Positions 47,660-57,615 of a DNA stretch of 64,000 bases are shown here, piece by piece. The position numbers were made by a program, and so were the translations under genes. Under the pieces are notes generated by a model. That model was given only the letters and a program-made list of their open reading frames with translations, had not been told where the DNA came from and searched no databases. This DNA comes from an uncultured virus (IMG/VR IMGVR_UViG_3300005674_000175) (Duplodnaviria; Heunggongvirae; Uroviricota; Caudoviricetes), in IMG/VR virus record IMGVR_UViG_3300005674_000175; one strand, written 5' to 3'. Numbering within the stretch: position 1 is the first letter of the stretch; each line of letters opens with the position of its first letter.

Positions 47660-48703
47660 ATGAGCAAAAGAATAAGCGATTTTATCATAGTTACGAAGGC
47701 GCTACAGATATTATGTAAGCGTTTAGATTGTGATTTTGTAGATTTGCCAGTTGTTTTTGATGAAGATGTCCCTCATGCCTGCTTTAGGGAAGGGGTAATC
47801 TTAATCCCTAATATGCCATCTGTTTTAGATACTATGGCAGATATATATTCCGTATATGTAAACGCTTTGGGCGAGATTTGCGGAAGGAACATAGATAGTC
47901 TTGATTCTAGATTTTCATTGATGAAGTATTTCATGTCAATGATTAGAGATTTCAAGACAGAGTATGGCAGTAAAGAAAAGGATACTGGCAAGAATCTTCA
48001 AATGAGACTTGATCAATTCCATGTTACATGGATGTTACTTAAGAACATTTTCTGTCCTTATAAGAGTATAGAACTCAAAAATGTTAGAATAGTAGCAAAG
48101 CATTCTTCAGAGTTTGATGCTGTTATTAAGTCAGAACACGACGGCGAACCGTATCTTTTTGTAAATCTTGATATTGAAAGAGAGTCTGTTAGGGCTGCTT
48201 TTTTACTTGTAGAAGCGCTTAGAATAATGTTGAAACCAGAAGACTCTCCAGAGTCGGTTATAAGAGAAATGCTTTCTAACTTCTTTATGAAAGATAGAAT
48301 AGTTGATTTTCTTGGGGTTTCTCTTGGTAGCGATGAGGAAGTTGCAAGTTTCTTAGGCGTTTTATCTGTTATTTGTCAATCTCAAGATATAGAAGATATG
48401 GCATTGGGAGTGAAAAAGGGAGATTCTCTAAAAACCGCTCAGTTTTCTCCTATGACTGGTAACTTCTGGTTCCTTGGATTAACCGAAAAGATGTTAGATT
48501 CAGTAAGAGGTTCCGACTGGTCCACAACAGAAAGTTTGAAGGATTTTAGTAAGGGGCTTTGGGATAAGGTGGAAGAAGAGAGAAGAGCAAGGGGTATATC
48601 CGAACTTCCATTTGAACTTCTTCTTAGAGTTCAAAGTGAAGATTTGGTTGTATCGCCGAATGCCACATTGCAAGAATTGTTGTCCAAGACAAGAGTGTGG
48701 TGA
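47660..48703 (+). CDS. Hypothetical protein
   Basis: 347-aa ORF packed between neighbours; no recognised motif. Confidence 0.7.
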   Translation: MSKRISDFIIVTKALQILCKRLDCDFVDLPVVFDEDVPHACFREGVILIPNMPSVLDTMADIYSVYVNALGEICGRNIDSLDSRFSLMKYFMSMIRDFKTEYGSKEKDTGKNLQMRLDQFHVTWMLLKNIFCPYKSIELKNVRIVAKHSSEFDAVIKSEHDGEPYLFVNLDIERESVRAAFLLVEALRIMLKPEDSPESVIREMLSNFFMKDRIVDFLGVSLGSDEEVASFLGVLSVICQSQDIEDMALGVKKGDSLKTAQFSPMTGNFWFLGLTEKMLDSVRGSDWSTTESLKDFSKGLWDKVEEERRARGISELPFELLLRVQSEDLVVSPNATLQELLSKTRVW

Positions 48704-48715
48704 TGGAGAAATAAT

Positions 48716-48967
48716 ATGCCAGATGAAGTAAACTATAATGGAATGACGGAAGAAGATTTTCTAAAGGTTATTGTTGCAAGGGTTCAAAAGCACTTGAACA
48801 ATGCAGAGAATACTCTTCCAATGCTTAGAAATGGGCAGTTTATAGATGCATTTTATAGAGTTGGAGCAAGTAAAGAAGGCTTATCCAGCTTGCTTAATAT
48901 CTCAAATCAGAGGTTGCAGTATTTGCTTGCAAGGAACAATCCTAGTGAAAACAATACTAACAAATAG
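48716..48967 (+). CDS. Hypothetical protein
   Basis: GGAG SD before ATG; 83 aa. Confidence 0.65.
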   Translation: MPDEVNYNGMTEEDFLKVIVARVQKHLNNAENTLPMLRNGQFIDAFYRVGASKEGLSSLLNISNQRLQYLLARNNPSENNTNK

Positions 48968-49163
48968 TTTCGTTAGACTCTCATCTGACTATAAGAGGCA
49001 ACCTGGTTCTTTACCCGGCGAAAATAATAACGGGCAGTCTTCTATACTTAATGACAAAGATGAAGATAAGTTGAAGAGAAAGAACAAGGTTCCTTCTAAG
49101 AAGATATATCAGTTTGGTGTAGATGTTCCGGTTGCAGAAAAGGTTGAAGTAGGAACTTTATGA
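48945..49163 (+). CDS. Small hypothetical protein
   Basis: GTG at 48945 with AAGGA upstream fills the gap and overlaps the helicase start (ATGA). Confidence 0.5.
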   Translation: MKTILTNSFVRLSSDYKRQPGSLPGENNNGQSSILNDKDEDKLKRKNKVPSKKIYQFGVDVPVAEKVEVGTL

Positions 49164-50707
49164 CAGATAATGCTCAGTCTGTAACCTTAAGGGTTACGGA
49201 TTCATCTACTTTCGTAATAGGAAAGATGAACAAGGATCTTTATCAGGAGTTCAAGAAAACTCTTGGATACAAAGATCCGAATGCTATTTGGCGAGGCAAA
49301 AACGCTAAAAACTGGGATGGCTATATAACAACAGTTTGTTATAGTCAAAAATATTGTAGATGCTCTATCAAGAAGGATGGGGTTCATTTCCCAACAGGTC
49401 TTCTTAGTAGGGCTTTTGATTTTTTCAGGGCGTATGGTATCCCGGTGTCTTCTATTGATGAAAGAAGCGAGCCAAAAACTAACTCTGTTCAGATTTCTTG
49501 TAGCGATGAGTTTCAAACAAGAGACTATCAAGAAGATACTATAAACAAGGCAGTAAAGCAACAAAGAGGCATTATAAAGGTTGCTACCGGCGGCGGAAAA
49601 ACCGCTATAGGCGCTGGCATTATTCAGAAACTGTGCGTTTCTCCGTTCATATTTTATGTTACATCTAATGACTTGCTTAGGCAGGCGCAGAGCGAACTTC
49701 AAAAGTTCTTAGTTATGAATGGTTCTCCGTTAGAAGTTGGAATGATCGGCGGCGGTAAGTTTGACATAAAAGCAGTAAATGTTATGACTGTTCAAACCGC
49801 TGTGCGAGCGGTTGGAGAGAAGTATAAGAAGTTTGATGATGAAGATGAAGAAGAAAAGATATCAGAAGAATTGCAACAGAAAAGAGACGCAATTGCTGAT
49901 TTGATTCATAATGCAAAGGGAATGATTTGCGACGAAGTTCAGCATTGGGCTGCTGAAACTTGCCAGGTTCTTGCGGACCATTCTGTTAATGCTCGTTTTA
50001 GGTTTGGTCTTTCGGCAACTCCTTGGAGAGACATGGGGGATGACCTCCTTATTGACTCTTGTTTTGGAAAGCTGATTAACGAAATAAATGCATCCTTCCT
50101 TATTAGGAAGGGAATACTGGTCAAGCCAACTATATACTTCGTTCATACTAAAAAGAACTTTGATGAAGATGTCGCGTATAATACTGTTTACAAAGAAGGC
50201 ATAGTTACTAATGAGGAAAGAAATGTTCTTATTGCGAATATTGCTAAGAACATGGTAGATAATAATAGGCACGTTCTTATCCTTGTGCGACATATTGAAC
50301 ATGGTGAATTGCTTGAGTCTTTGATTCCAAATAGCTTTTTCGTAAATGGAACTCATGGTCATAAAGCAAGGGCCGATCATATTGATGGTATGAGGAAAAA
50401 GGAAATTCCTGTAACTATTGCTACATCAATTTTTGATGAAGGCGTAGATGTAAAGCCTCTTGATGGCCTTATTTTGGCAGGATCTGGTAAGTCTCAGACT
50501 AGAGCTTTGCAGCGAATCGGAAGAGTTATTAGAACGTTTGAAGACCCATCCACGGGTTTTGTGAAGAAAGACGCATTTATCGTTGATTTTTACGATCATA
50601 TGAAGTATATGCTGTCTCATAGCAAAGCCAGAAGAAGAATCTACGAAACAGAGCCAGAGTTCGTAATTCGAGACTTTAAAGGCGAAGGTCATGCCTCGCA
50701 AACCTGA
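49160..50707 (+). CDS. Superfamily 2 DNA helicase (UvsW/ResIII-like)
   Basis: Q-motif RDYQ, Walker A ATGGGKT, Walker B CDEVQH, motif III SATP, FDEGVD, QRIGRVIR. Confidence 0.92.
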   Translation: MTDNAQSVTLRVTDSSTFVIGKMNKDLYQEFKKTLGYKDPNAIWRGKNAKNWDGYITTVCYSQKYCRCSIKKDGVHFPTGLLSRAFDFFRAYGIPVSSIDERSEPKTNSVQISCSDEFQTRDYQEDTINKAVKQQRGIIKVATGGGKTAIGAGIIQKLCVSPFIFYVTSNDLLRQAQSELQKFLVMNGSPLEVGMIGGGKFDIKAVNVMTVQTAVRAVGEKYKKFDDEDEEEKISEELQQKRDAIADLIHNAKGMICDEVQHWAAETCQVLADHSVNARFRFGLSATPWRDMGDDLLIDSCFGKLINEINASFLIRKGILVKPTIYFVHTKKNFDEDVAYNTVYKEGIVTNEERNVLIANIAKNMVDNNRHVLILVRHIEHGELLESLIPNSFFVNGTHGHKARADHIDGMRKKEIPVTIATSIFDEGVDVKPLDGLILAGSGKSQTRALQRIGRVIRTFEDPSTGFVKKDAFIVDFYDHMKYMLSHSKARRRIYETEPEFVIRDFKGEGHASQT

Positions 50708-51794
50708 AATTTATAGTAATCTATTTGCAACTAGCGAAAGAGACTTGATGCTTGTTGATGCTGTCAATGCGCAATCTCAGTTTCTTTCTATGCCAAATCC
50801 GTATATTGGTAACAAGAGAAAGATATTGGCATCTATTTTCAAAGAGATATATGATGCTCTTCCATACAATGATATAAAGTCGCTTTGTGACCTTTTTGGC
50901 GGGAGCTTTGTTGTAGGAACGTTTTTTAGAGAAATGGGCAAAGAGGTATATGCAAATGAACTTCTTTTATCTTCATTTGTCAATGGCTATGCGTTGAATT
51001 TTGCAACTGAAGGATTTATTACAGAAGAAGAGTGGAAGTTTTTGCTTGATAGCAGAGATGTACAAAGTACAGATTTCTTTGTAAGCGATAAATATGGAGA
51101 TTCTAGGTTTACAAAGAGAGAAGCGGAGTATATTGATGCTTTTTATACAAACTCTGCAAGGCTTTTTGGCGTTAACTCTCCAAAGTTCTATGTTGCCAAT
51201 GCGAGTCTTATGCAGTTTATAATGACTCATTGCTTTGTTGGCGGAAGGCTTAATAGCGGTCAAGTTATCGCTTCTCTTGAGCATAGATTACAGCATCAGA
51301 GAAATGAAAATTCAGAGATGAACTTCTATCGAATGAAGCCTCTTGTTTATAATAGGAAAGGGATTCAACCTCATTTGTACAATGATGATGTTTTTGATTT
51401 TCTTAAGAGGGAAGAATCTTCAAAGATTGATATGTTTTATATAGATCCGCCATACGGAGGGCAGCAGAGCGATTACGCATTCATGTACAAGTTTTTTGAA
51501 GAGTATTTGGCTAGAAAGTCTTTTGATGAAATTGAATACTTGAAACTTGCTTCTAAGAAGTTTTCAAAGGCTAAAACGTATGGGGAATCATTTGAGAATC
51601 TTCTCGTTGCCTTGCCAAAAGAATCTTATTGGGTGCTTAGCTATAACGATAGTAGCTGGTCCGATATCGGGACGATATCAGGTATGATAGAGAAGCACAA
51701 GAAGACTGTTGTGGTTAAGGAAATAGAATACGATTATAAGTACAGGGCTTCTGGAAATACAACAGGAGTCGAGTATCTAATCATTGGTAAATGA
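50691..51794 (+). CDS. DNA adenine methyltransferase (D12/alpha class)
   Basis: PYIGNKRK, SAM-binding DLFGGS, catalytic YIDPPY, LSYN. Confidence 0.88.
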   Translation: MPRKPEIYSNLFATSERDLMLVDAVNAQSQFLSMPNPYIGNKRKILASIFKEIYDALPYNDIKSLCDLFGGSFVVGTFFREMGKEVYANELLLSSFVNGYALNFATEGFITEEEWKFLLDSRDVQSTDFFVSDKYGDSRFTKREAEYIDAFYTNSARLFGVNSPKFYVANASLMQFIMTHCFVGGRLNSGQVIASLEHRLQHQRNENSEMNFYRMKPLVYNRKGIQPHLYNDDVFDFLKREESSKIDMFYIDPPYGGQQSDYAFMYKFFEEYLARKSFDEIEYLKLASKKFSKAKTYGESFENLLVALPKESYWVLSYNDSSWSDIGTISGMIEKHKKTVVVKEIEYDYKYRASGNTTGVEYLIIGK

Positions 51795-51795
51795 T

Positions 51796-52641
51796 ATGGA
51801 AAAGAAGGGCAAAAAGATGCAAACTAGCGCTGATGACATGATGTTGGGTATTTTGTCGCGAAGTCATAAGGATACGGCCAATAGAGTTTCTTCAAAGGAT
51901 ACATTAGAGATTATTGATGTGCCCAGCAAGCCGGCCAAGATATGCAAGTGGAAAGATATCAAGGTTAAAAAGGCTTATGCAACAGTTCCGGTGAGCGAAT
52001 GGGGTAGTAAGAAGTTCTTTTTATACTTCAGAAGCCTTTGCGGAGACAAGGACAAGTCTTTGAAGGAAGTATTTGATTCGAGTATTGGAGTTGCAAGACA
52101 GGCGGCTTTTATAGATTCTGTAAAGCAAGAGTTTTTGAAGAAGACAGATAAAGTTGTAACCAAAGAGACTCTCAAAGAATATATTGAGTGGTTTGTTTCA
52201 ACTCAATTAGATTCGCTAGTTAGTAGTTCTCAGTTTACTATATACTGTTTGAAGTATGAAAGATATATAAGTAGGTTTTTGAAAGAGAATGATAATAAGC
52301 AATTAGTCGTAGAAGAAACTAAGATTATTGATTTTTCGAATATTGATAAGATGTTTGACTCTGGAGGAGTTAATTTCTTATTGAGCTATGGTCTTGTTAT
52401 ATCTTTTGTTTGGCTTCACAAGAAGAAGAATTTGTCTTCTGTTGACGCAAAAGAGGCTATTGTTAGGTTCTATAAGGATGCAACGAGATCAGGAGACGCT
52501 ATTGCAGCAAAAATACGAGATGTAACTGCTAAGTTTTCTCCTTATTCGCCAGATTACATTGATCGTAATTTGGAAGAGCTTTTGAAAACCTGTAAGGTTG
52601 AAAGAGTTGAGTTTACAAACAAAGGAAAGAAGTACGTTTAA
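51796..52641 (+). CDS. Hypothetical protein in the replication module
   Basis: Lys-rich ORF between the methyltransferase and IF3; no recognised motif. Confidence 0.7.
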   Translation: MEKKGKKMQTSADDMMLGILSRSHKDTANRVSSKDTLEIIDVPSKPAKICKWKDIKVKKAYATVPVSEWGSKKFFLYFRSLCGDKDKSLKEVFDSSIGVARQAAFIDSVKQEFLKKTDKVVTKETLKEYIEWFVSTQLDSLVSSSQFTIYCLKYERYISRFLKENDNKQLVVEETKIIDFSNIDKMFDSGGVNFLLSYGLVISFVWLHKKKNLSSVDAKEAIVRFYKDATRSGDAIAAKIRDVTAKFSPYSPDYIDRNLEELLKTCKVERVEFTNKGKKYV

Positions 52642-52652
52642 GGAGTTTTATA

Positions 52653-53183
52653 GTGAGTGTTAGAATTTTTGCAAATGAAGAGATTTACGGATACTCTGTT
52701 GTCTTGATTGATGAAAGCGGCAAGAATATTGGAGAGACCAATAAGAAGAATGCCATTTTTCAGGCGAAAGGCAAGGGTCTAGATCTTGTTCAAGTAGGGA
52801 AAACGCAACAAGGTATGCCTATTTGCAAGTATGCAGATGCTGGTAAGATGAAGTTTGAGGCTTCGAAAAAGAAAACCTCATCTAAGCCTGTTGAAACAAA
52901 AGAAATGATGTTTCATCTTAAGACTGGTGAGAATGATATACAGATTAAGAAGACGAAGATTAGAAATATGCTTGGTAAGAAATGTATTGTTAAGTTTGGT
53001 ATTGAGCTAAAAGGAAGAGAAAGAGCATTCATGGCTAATGCTAAAGAACTTTTGACAAAAGCCGTGTCTGACTTGAGTGATGTAGCAAAATGGGACGAAA
53101 TGAGAGTATCAGACAACATTGTTTTTGTGGTACTTAAGCCCATTAAAGAACATAATCATGACGAAAAAACAACCAAAGTCTAA
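52653..53183 (+). CDS. infC: Translation initiation factor IF-3
   Basis: NEEI...VVLIDESGKNIG...GLDLVQV...PICK...GKMKFE (IF3-N) and KEMMF...ENDIQIK...VKFGIELKGRE (IF3-C); AGGAG SD 7 nt before GTG. Confidence 0.88.
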   Translation: MSVRIFANEEIYGYSVVLIDESGKNIGETNKKNAIFQAKGKGLDLVQVGKTQQGMPICKYADAGKMKFEASKKKTSSKPVETKEMMFHLKTGENDIQIKKTKIRNMLGKKCIVKFGIELKGRERAFMANAKELLTKAVSDLSDVAKWDEMRVSDNIVFVVLKPIKEHNHDEKTTKV

Positions 53184-54522
53184 CCCAAGCGAATCAAAGG
53201 ACTGTTCAACATCTATTGGTGGAGATTGTTTTATTCATGACGTTTTTGGTCGCAGTCACAAGGTAAAAGATTTGGCGAACCTATCTTTGAGTGATTCTCC
53301 AATTAGTGTTTATGGATTCAATAACACCACTTGGAAAATGGAGAAAATGAACATATCTGATGTTAAGATTTGCGAATCCAATCAGGATTTGATAAAGCTT
53401 ACTTGTGCAAGCAATTTTATTGAAATAGCAAGTAGTCAGGATGTTCTTGTAAACAGGAATGGAGACCTTTTCAACATAGAAGCCAAGGATATAGCAATTG
53501 GCGATCTTGTAATGGTCCCGAAGTTTCTTCCTAGACACGAAAAGAACTTCTCATTAAATGACGTATTTCCGGGAAAGAAAAGCGGTAAGATAAAAGCAAG
53601 AAGCGGTAGTAAGATTCATACTGCTGATGTAAGGGTTTCTGTAAGATTCATAACAACTCTTGCTGTTATATCGGGCATGATAGATGCCGGTGGCTTTTAC
53701 GATACTAAGAGCGGAGATGTTCTTTTTCATAGTAAGAGCAGGGTTGTTTGTCACTTATTAGCAAGCTTTTTGCAAGATACATTTCTTGTAGAACCTGAAG
53801 TAAAGAATGATTCTGTTAGATTTCAGAATAAAGTTGTTGCTATGGTTATTGATAGCTTTTTGAATAACCTAGCCTCGCAAAATCAAGAGATGATTTGCTA
53901 TTATTTGTCAGGATATTTTCATACAGGTTCTAAGTTTGGATTTGTAGATGAGTTAGAAGGAACAACGAATAAACCCTTCGTTTCTATGCCTATAAACAAT
54001 GAAGTAGTTTTTGATAGGCTTAGAAAGTCTTTGCTATTGTTTGGTATAGTTCCATTCAGAAGCGAAAAATGTTGTACTATTATAGATAGTAGTCATATTG
54101 AAGACTTTTTTACTAGTATTCCAATACTTCATAAGGAAATGGTTGTCAAAGTCGAACAATTCATGAACGACTTTTTGGAGAACCCCTCATACATAGTTGA
54201 TCTTTTGGGATATAAGTTTGGGAAGTCCTTGTCGTATCTCAAGAGTGTATGTAAAATTCCTGAAAACAAATATAAGAAGATTGAATGTTTTGAAAAAGAA
54301 TCTTCAATCATGAGCTACTTGATAGCAGACCAACTTAACTCTTTTATAAAGCATAGATTTATAGATGTATCTAAGTCTCCAATATCAAAACTGGTTGATT
54401 CTTCCGTTGTTGGAGTAAGGGTTTTGAAGAAAGAGAATATTGGAAATAGAACTTCTTATAGTATTTCCTGCGAAAAGAATTACAGCTTTTTCATCAATGG
54501 AATATTGTGCTACAACAATTGA
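53158..54522 (+). CDS. Free-standing, degenerate intein-like protein (HINT plus LAGLIDADG-like) with essentially no exteins
   Basis: Block A-like SIGGD at 53212, IEAKDIAIGDLVMVP, ISGMIDAGG and YLSGYFHTG, block F/G-like SYSISCEKNYSFFINGILCYNN-stop. Confidence 0.75.
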   Translation: MTKKQPKSNPSESKDCSTSIGGDCFIHDVFGRSHKVKDLANLSLSDSPISVYGFNNTTWKMEKMNISDVKICESNQDLIKLTCASNFIEIASSQDVLVNRNGDLFNIEAKDIAIGDLVMVPKFLPRHEKNFSLNDVFPGKKSGKIKARSGSKIHTADVRVSVRFITTLAVISGMIDAGGFYDTKSGDVLFHSKSRVVCHLLASFLQDTFLVEPEVKNDSVRFQNKVVAMVIDSFLNNLASQNQEMICYYLSGYFHTGSKFGFVDELEGTTNKPFVSMPINNEVVFDRLRKSLLLFGIVPFRSEKCCTIIDSSHIEDFFTSIPILHKEMVVKVEQFMNDFLENPSYIVDLLGYKFGKSLSYLKSVCKIPENKYKKIECFEKESSIMSYLIADQLNSFIKHRFIDVSKSPISKLVDSSVVGVRVLKKENIGNRTSYSISCEKNYSFFINGILCYNN

Positions 54523-54569
54523 TGTTGTGCTTTGGTTATGAAAATGACAGAATATGCCGAGAATGATTT

Positions 54570-55436
54570 ATGTTGGATCTTAGTCTAATCATAAAGAAAT
54601 ATCGTTACAGCTTTTACAAGTCTGCCGGTAACGAAAATGGTAAACCTGCTCCGTGTCCGCATTATGCTGGCGGAGATCAGTGTTCCCGCAAAGAGGGTTG
54701 TTTTTGTAAGAAGCTAGCAGAAATACGAGGCAATATTGACTATGTTATCCCTTCAGAGTATAGAGATCTAACAATAGAAAATGCTAGCGGAATCATAGTA
54801 TCCAAAGATGGTGTTGAACAGCATGTTTGGAGCGAAGATAATAGACTTGAAATACAAAATACATTACGCAACTATTTATTTGGCGGAGTTGATCGAGTCC
54901 TTTTGACTGGAGGACGAGAATCATATAACAAGTATTCTCAAATGGATAAGCGATTCTCAGATGGAGACGCTGTTATTATTCATGGAGATAATTTGATTGG
55001 GAAAAAGGAAGGCAAACAATCTCCAAGGTTCTTGCCGGCAGGCAAAACAATGATTGCTTGTTTGATTCTCAAAGAAGCGATATGGAGAAAATTGTTTGCA
55101 ACTAATAGAGCGGATACTTATTCTGTAATTTCATATCAAACTCTTAAGCAAGATTTGAAGCTTCGAACAGAGAGGTCTTATGATTTGAAAGAATGCGATT
55201 GGCTTTGTATTGATGATATAAGTTTACCCCTAAGAGAAGATGATTTTAATCATCAACAGTTTGTTACTTTGTTTGATGATTTTTTGATGACAAGAATAGA
55301 ACAAAAATTGCCAACAATTTTGGTTTGCAGTTTTGATGTGTTGGCAAAAGATTATACTCATAGCCTTGGATATACTTTTCAAAAGATGGTGTCTTCTAAG
55401 AATTCTTGGCTTATTTCTGTTGGAGGGGGAAAATGA
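54570..55436 (+). CDS. DnaC/DnaI/IstB-like AAA+ helicase loader (divergent)
   Basis: Cys-rich N-terminus, IPSEYRDLTIEN, AGKTMIA, Walker B LCIDDI, RIEQKLPTI; directly upstream of and overlapping dnaB. Confidence 0.7.
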   Translation: MLDLSLIIKKYRYSFYKSAGNENGKPAPCPHYAGGDQCSRKEGCFCKKLAEIRGNIDYVIPSEYRDLTIENASGIIVSKDGVEQHVWSEDNRLEIQNTLRNYLFGGVDRVLLTGGRESYNKYSQMDKRFSDGDAVIIHGDNLIGKKEGKQSPRFLPAGKTMIACLILKEAIWRKLFATNRADTYSVISYQTLKQDLKLRTERSYDLKECDWLCIDDISLPLREDDFNHQQFVTLFDDFLMTRIEQKLPTILVCSFDVLAKDYTHSLGYTFQKMVSSKNSWLISVGGGK

Positions 55437-56983
55437 TTAATGATTCGGAAGCCCAACAAAAGCTTCTTAATATTCTTTTGAATAATCAAGGGCTAATCCC
55501 TGAGTTTATTGCTGAACAAATTAGTCCAGAACATTTTGATACAAAGTGTAAGATAATTGTTCATGGTATTATCAATTCGTATAAAGAAGAACAAAAGTTT
55601 ACAGAAGAGTATTATCTTGATTTTGTTGCGAGATCTGTTGCAAATGGCGATTATAGGAAATGGACAGAAAGCGAAGTCTCTAGTTCTAAGCTTGCTGTTG
55701 TTGCCGAACGCAATAACTATACAAGCATAAAAGACCTTGAAAGAGTTGATCGTAATGATTTCCCTCTTATGGTTAGAAGAGTTAGAGAGGGATTTCTAAA
55801 GAAAGAATCAACTAGGTTATTAGAAAAATTTAACGGTAAGAAGTCTCAAGACTGGGCAATGGCAATTGATGGTTTAACGGAAGATCTGGTTCTGTTGAGA
55901 GCGAGTTCTTCTGATGGTAAAATTGCAACATGGGCGGATGTTTCTAATTACGGAGATGATTGGTACAAGAGTCTTGAAGAAGAGATTAAAAACCCGAAGA
56001 AAACTCTTCCTACAGGAATAAAGCCATTTGATGATACAATGCCAATTGGTCTTGATATTGGTTCTCTAACGCTTATTGTAGCTGACGTAGGCGGATATAA
56101 GTCGGCAACGATGATTAATATGGCCTTGAATGTATGTAAAGAATCTCAAGAAAATGTGCTGTATGTATCTTTGGAAATGCCTAAAGATAGGCTTATGCAA
56201 AGAATCATATCAAGAGAGTCCGGGGTTCCTTCGGAGAAGCTTTCGAAACCTCAAATGCTGAAAGATGAGGATAAAGAAAAGATTAAGAGGGCTATCGAGG
56301 ATTTCAAGAAGATAGAATCTAAGTTTGTTATATTAGATGCTCAGGAAAGAATGACTGTTTCTAAGATTAGAGCAGAAATAGAGAAGAGATATCATTTCTT
56401 CAGGCCAAGGCTTGTTGTTATTGACTATATTTCCATTCTTGGCCCTGACCCTTGGTATCAAAAACTGGCCGAGCATTCTTGGTACGGTCAGATGTGCAAA
56501 GACCTTAGACAACTTGGAAGGAAAATGGGATTTGCTGTTCTTTCGGCAGTTCAGTTGAATAGAGAAGCAATTAAGTCGTTGAGAAATCAGAAAGATGGTA
56601 AACAGAGTGTCGGTTCTGATGCTCTTAGGGGTTCTCATGATTTCTCTGCTGATGCTGATCATATTTATGCGCAGTTCCCTCATCCAGAAGCTAAAGATAA
56701 ATTGTTCCTTGTTTGTATCAAATCCAGATATGGTTCTACTATGTTTGGATCTATGAAGAATGAATCAAAAGCTGAGATAGAAGTAAATCCTCATATTGGT
56801 AAGGTTTACTATTCTGTCAATGCAACGTATAATTTCTCTGAAGAGTCTTCAAGTTTCGTCAAGAAGGCTGAAGACATGGTAGTTAATCCTGATATTGATT
56901 TGTCATTCGATTTAGAACCGCCTCCGCCTGCCATAAAGAAACCATCTAGAAAGCAGGTTTCAGATTTAGGTTTTGATCTATGA
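55433..56983 (+). CDS. dnaB: Replicative DNA helicase, DnaB family
   Basis: LPTGIKPFD, LIVADVGGYKS, YVSLEM, VVIDYI, AVQLNRE, LRGS...ADAD, KSRYG. Confidence 0.92.
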   Translation: MINDSEAQQKLLNILLNNQGLIPEFIAEQISPEHFDTKCKIIVHGIINSYKEEQKFTEEYYLDFVARSVANGDYRKWTESEVSSSKLAVVAERNNYTSIKDLERVDRNDFPLMVRRVREGFLKKESTRLLEKFNGKKSQDWAMAIDGLTEDLVLLRASSSDGKIATWADVSNYGDDWYKSLEEEIKNPKKTLPTGIKPFDDTMPIGLDIGSLTLIVADVGGYKSATMINMALNVCKESQENVLYVSLEMPKDRLMQRIISRESGVPSEKLSKPQMLKDEDKEKIKRAIEDFKKIESKFVILDAQERMTVSKIRAEIEKRYHFFRPRLVVIDYISILGPDPWYQKLAEHSWYGQMCKDLRQLGRKMGFAVLSAVQLNREAIKSLRNQKDGKQSVGSDALRGSHDFSADADHIYAQFPHPEAKDKLFLVCIKSRYGSTMFGSMKNESKAEIEVNPHIGKVYYSVNATYNFSEESSSFVKKAEDMVVNPDIDLSFDLEPPPPAIKKPSRKQVSDLGFDL

Positions 56984-57615
56984 GCGTAATACTAGATACA
57001 ATTTCCAAATCAATTAAGATAACTGATTATCTTGCTTCCAAGAATGTTTCATGGAATAGCCATGAGGGAGATAGATATAAATACAGATGTCCTCTTCCTA
57101 CTCATACAAAAGATAATACTCCATCTTTCTTTGTGTATGACAAACCTGATGGACAAGATTTTTATTGTTATGGATGTAAATGCGCTGGAGGGATAGTCCA
57201 GCTTGTTTCTGCATATGAACAAATATCTATAAGGGATACAGTAGAGAGGCTTCTAAAAGGCCTCAATATAAATATTGATGATGTAGTTGATTCTATAATC
57301 AGAGAAATAATCGTTTACTCTGAATCTGGTGATAAGGATGATAAAGATGAGGGAATCGTCGCTTCTTCACTGTTTATTAGTTCTCATATGCATGATTTCT
57401 TAACAAAAGTAGATTTCAACAGCGAAGACCTTGCAATTGCTGAAAAGGTGTTTGCTATGGTGGATTCTTATGTGCTGGTTGACAGACTAGACGATTTAGA
57501 AAAACTAGCGAAAGCGATACCTGCAAGAACTAAGATAAGATACGAGATATATCTAGATAAAAAGAAGAGAGAAGAGATAGAAAAACTGAGAGGATCAAAA
57601 GTAAATGAGATATGA
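56980..57615 (+). CDS. Stand-alone CHC2 zinc-finger protein (DnaG primase zinc-binding domain without TOPRIM)
   Basis: CPLPTH...DNTPSF...FYCYGC...GGIVQLV; only ~120 aa of helical sequence follow. Confidence 0.85.
   Translation: MSVILDTISKSIKITDYLASKNVSWNSHEGDRYKYRCPLPTHTKDNTPSFFVYDKPDGQDFYCYGCKCAGGIVQLVSAYEQISIRDTVERLLKGLNINIDDVVDSIIREIIVYSESGDKDDKDEGIVASSLFISSHMHDFLTKVDFNSEDLAIAEKVFAMVDSYVLVDRLDDLEKLAKAIPARTKIRYEIYLDKKKREEIEKLRGSKVNEI

Noticed and set aside
49160..51794. SF2 helicase plus methyltransferase as a Type III or Type I R-M system
   Set aside because: The helicase has no nuclease domain and the methyltransferase is D12/alpha class, not a Mod subunit.
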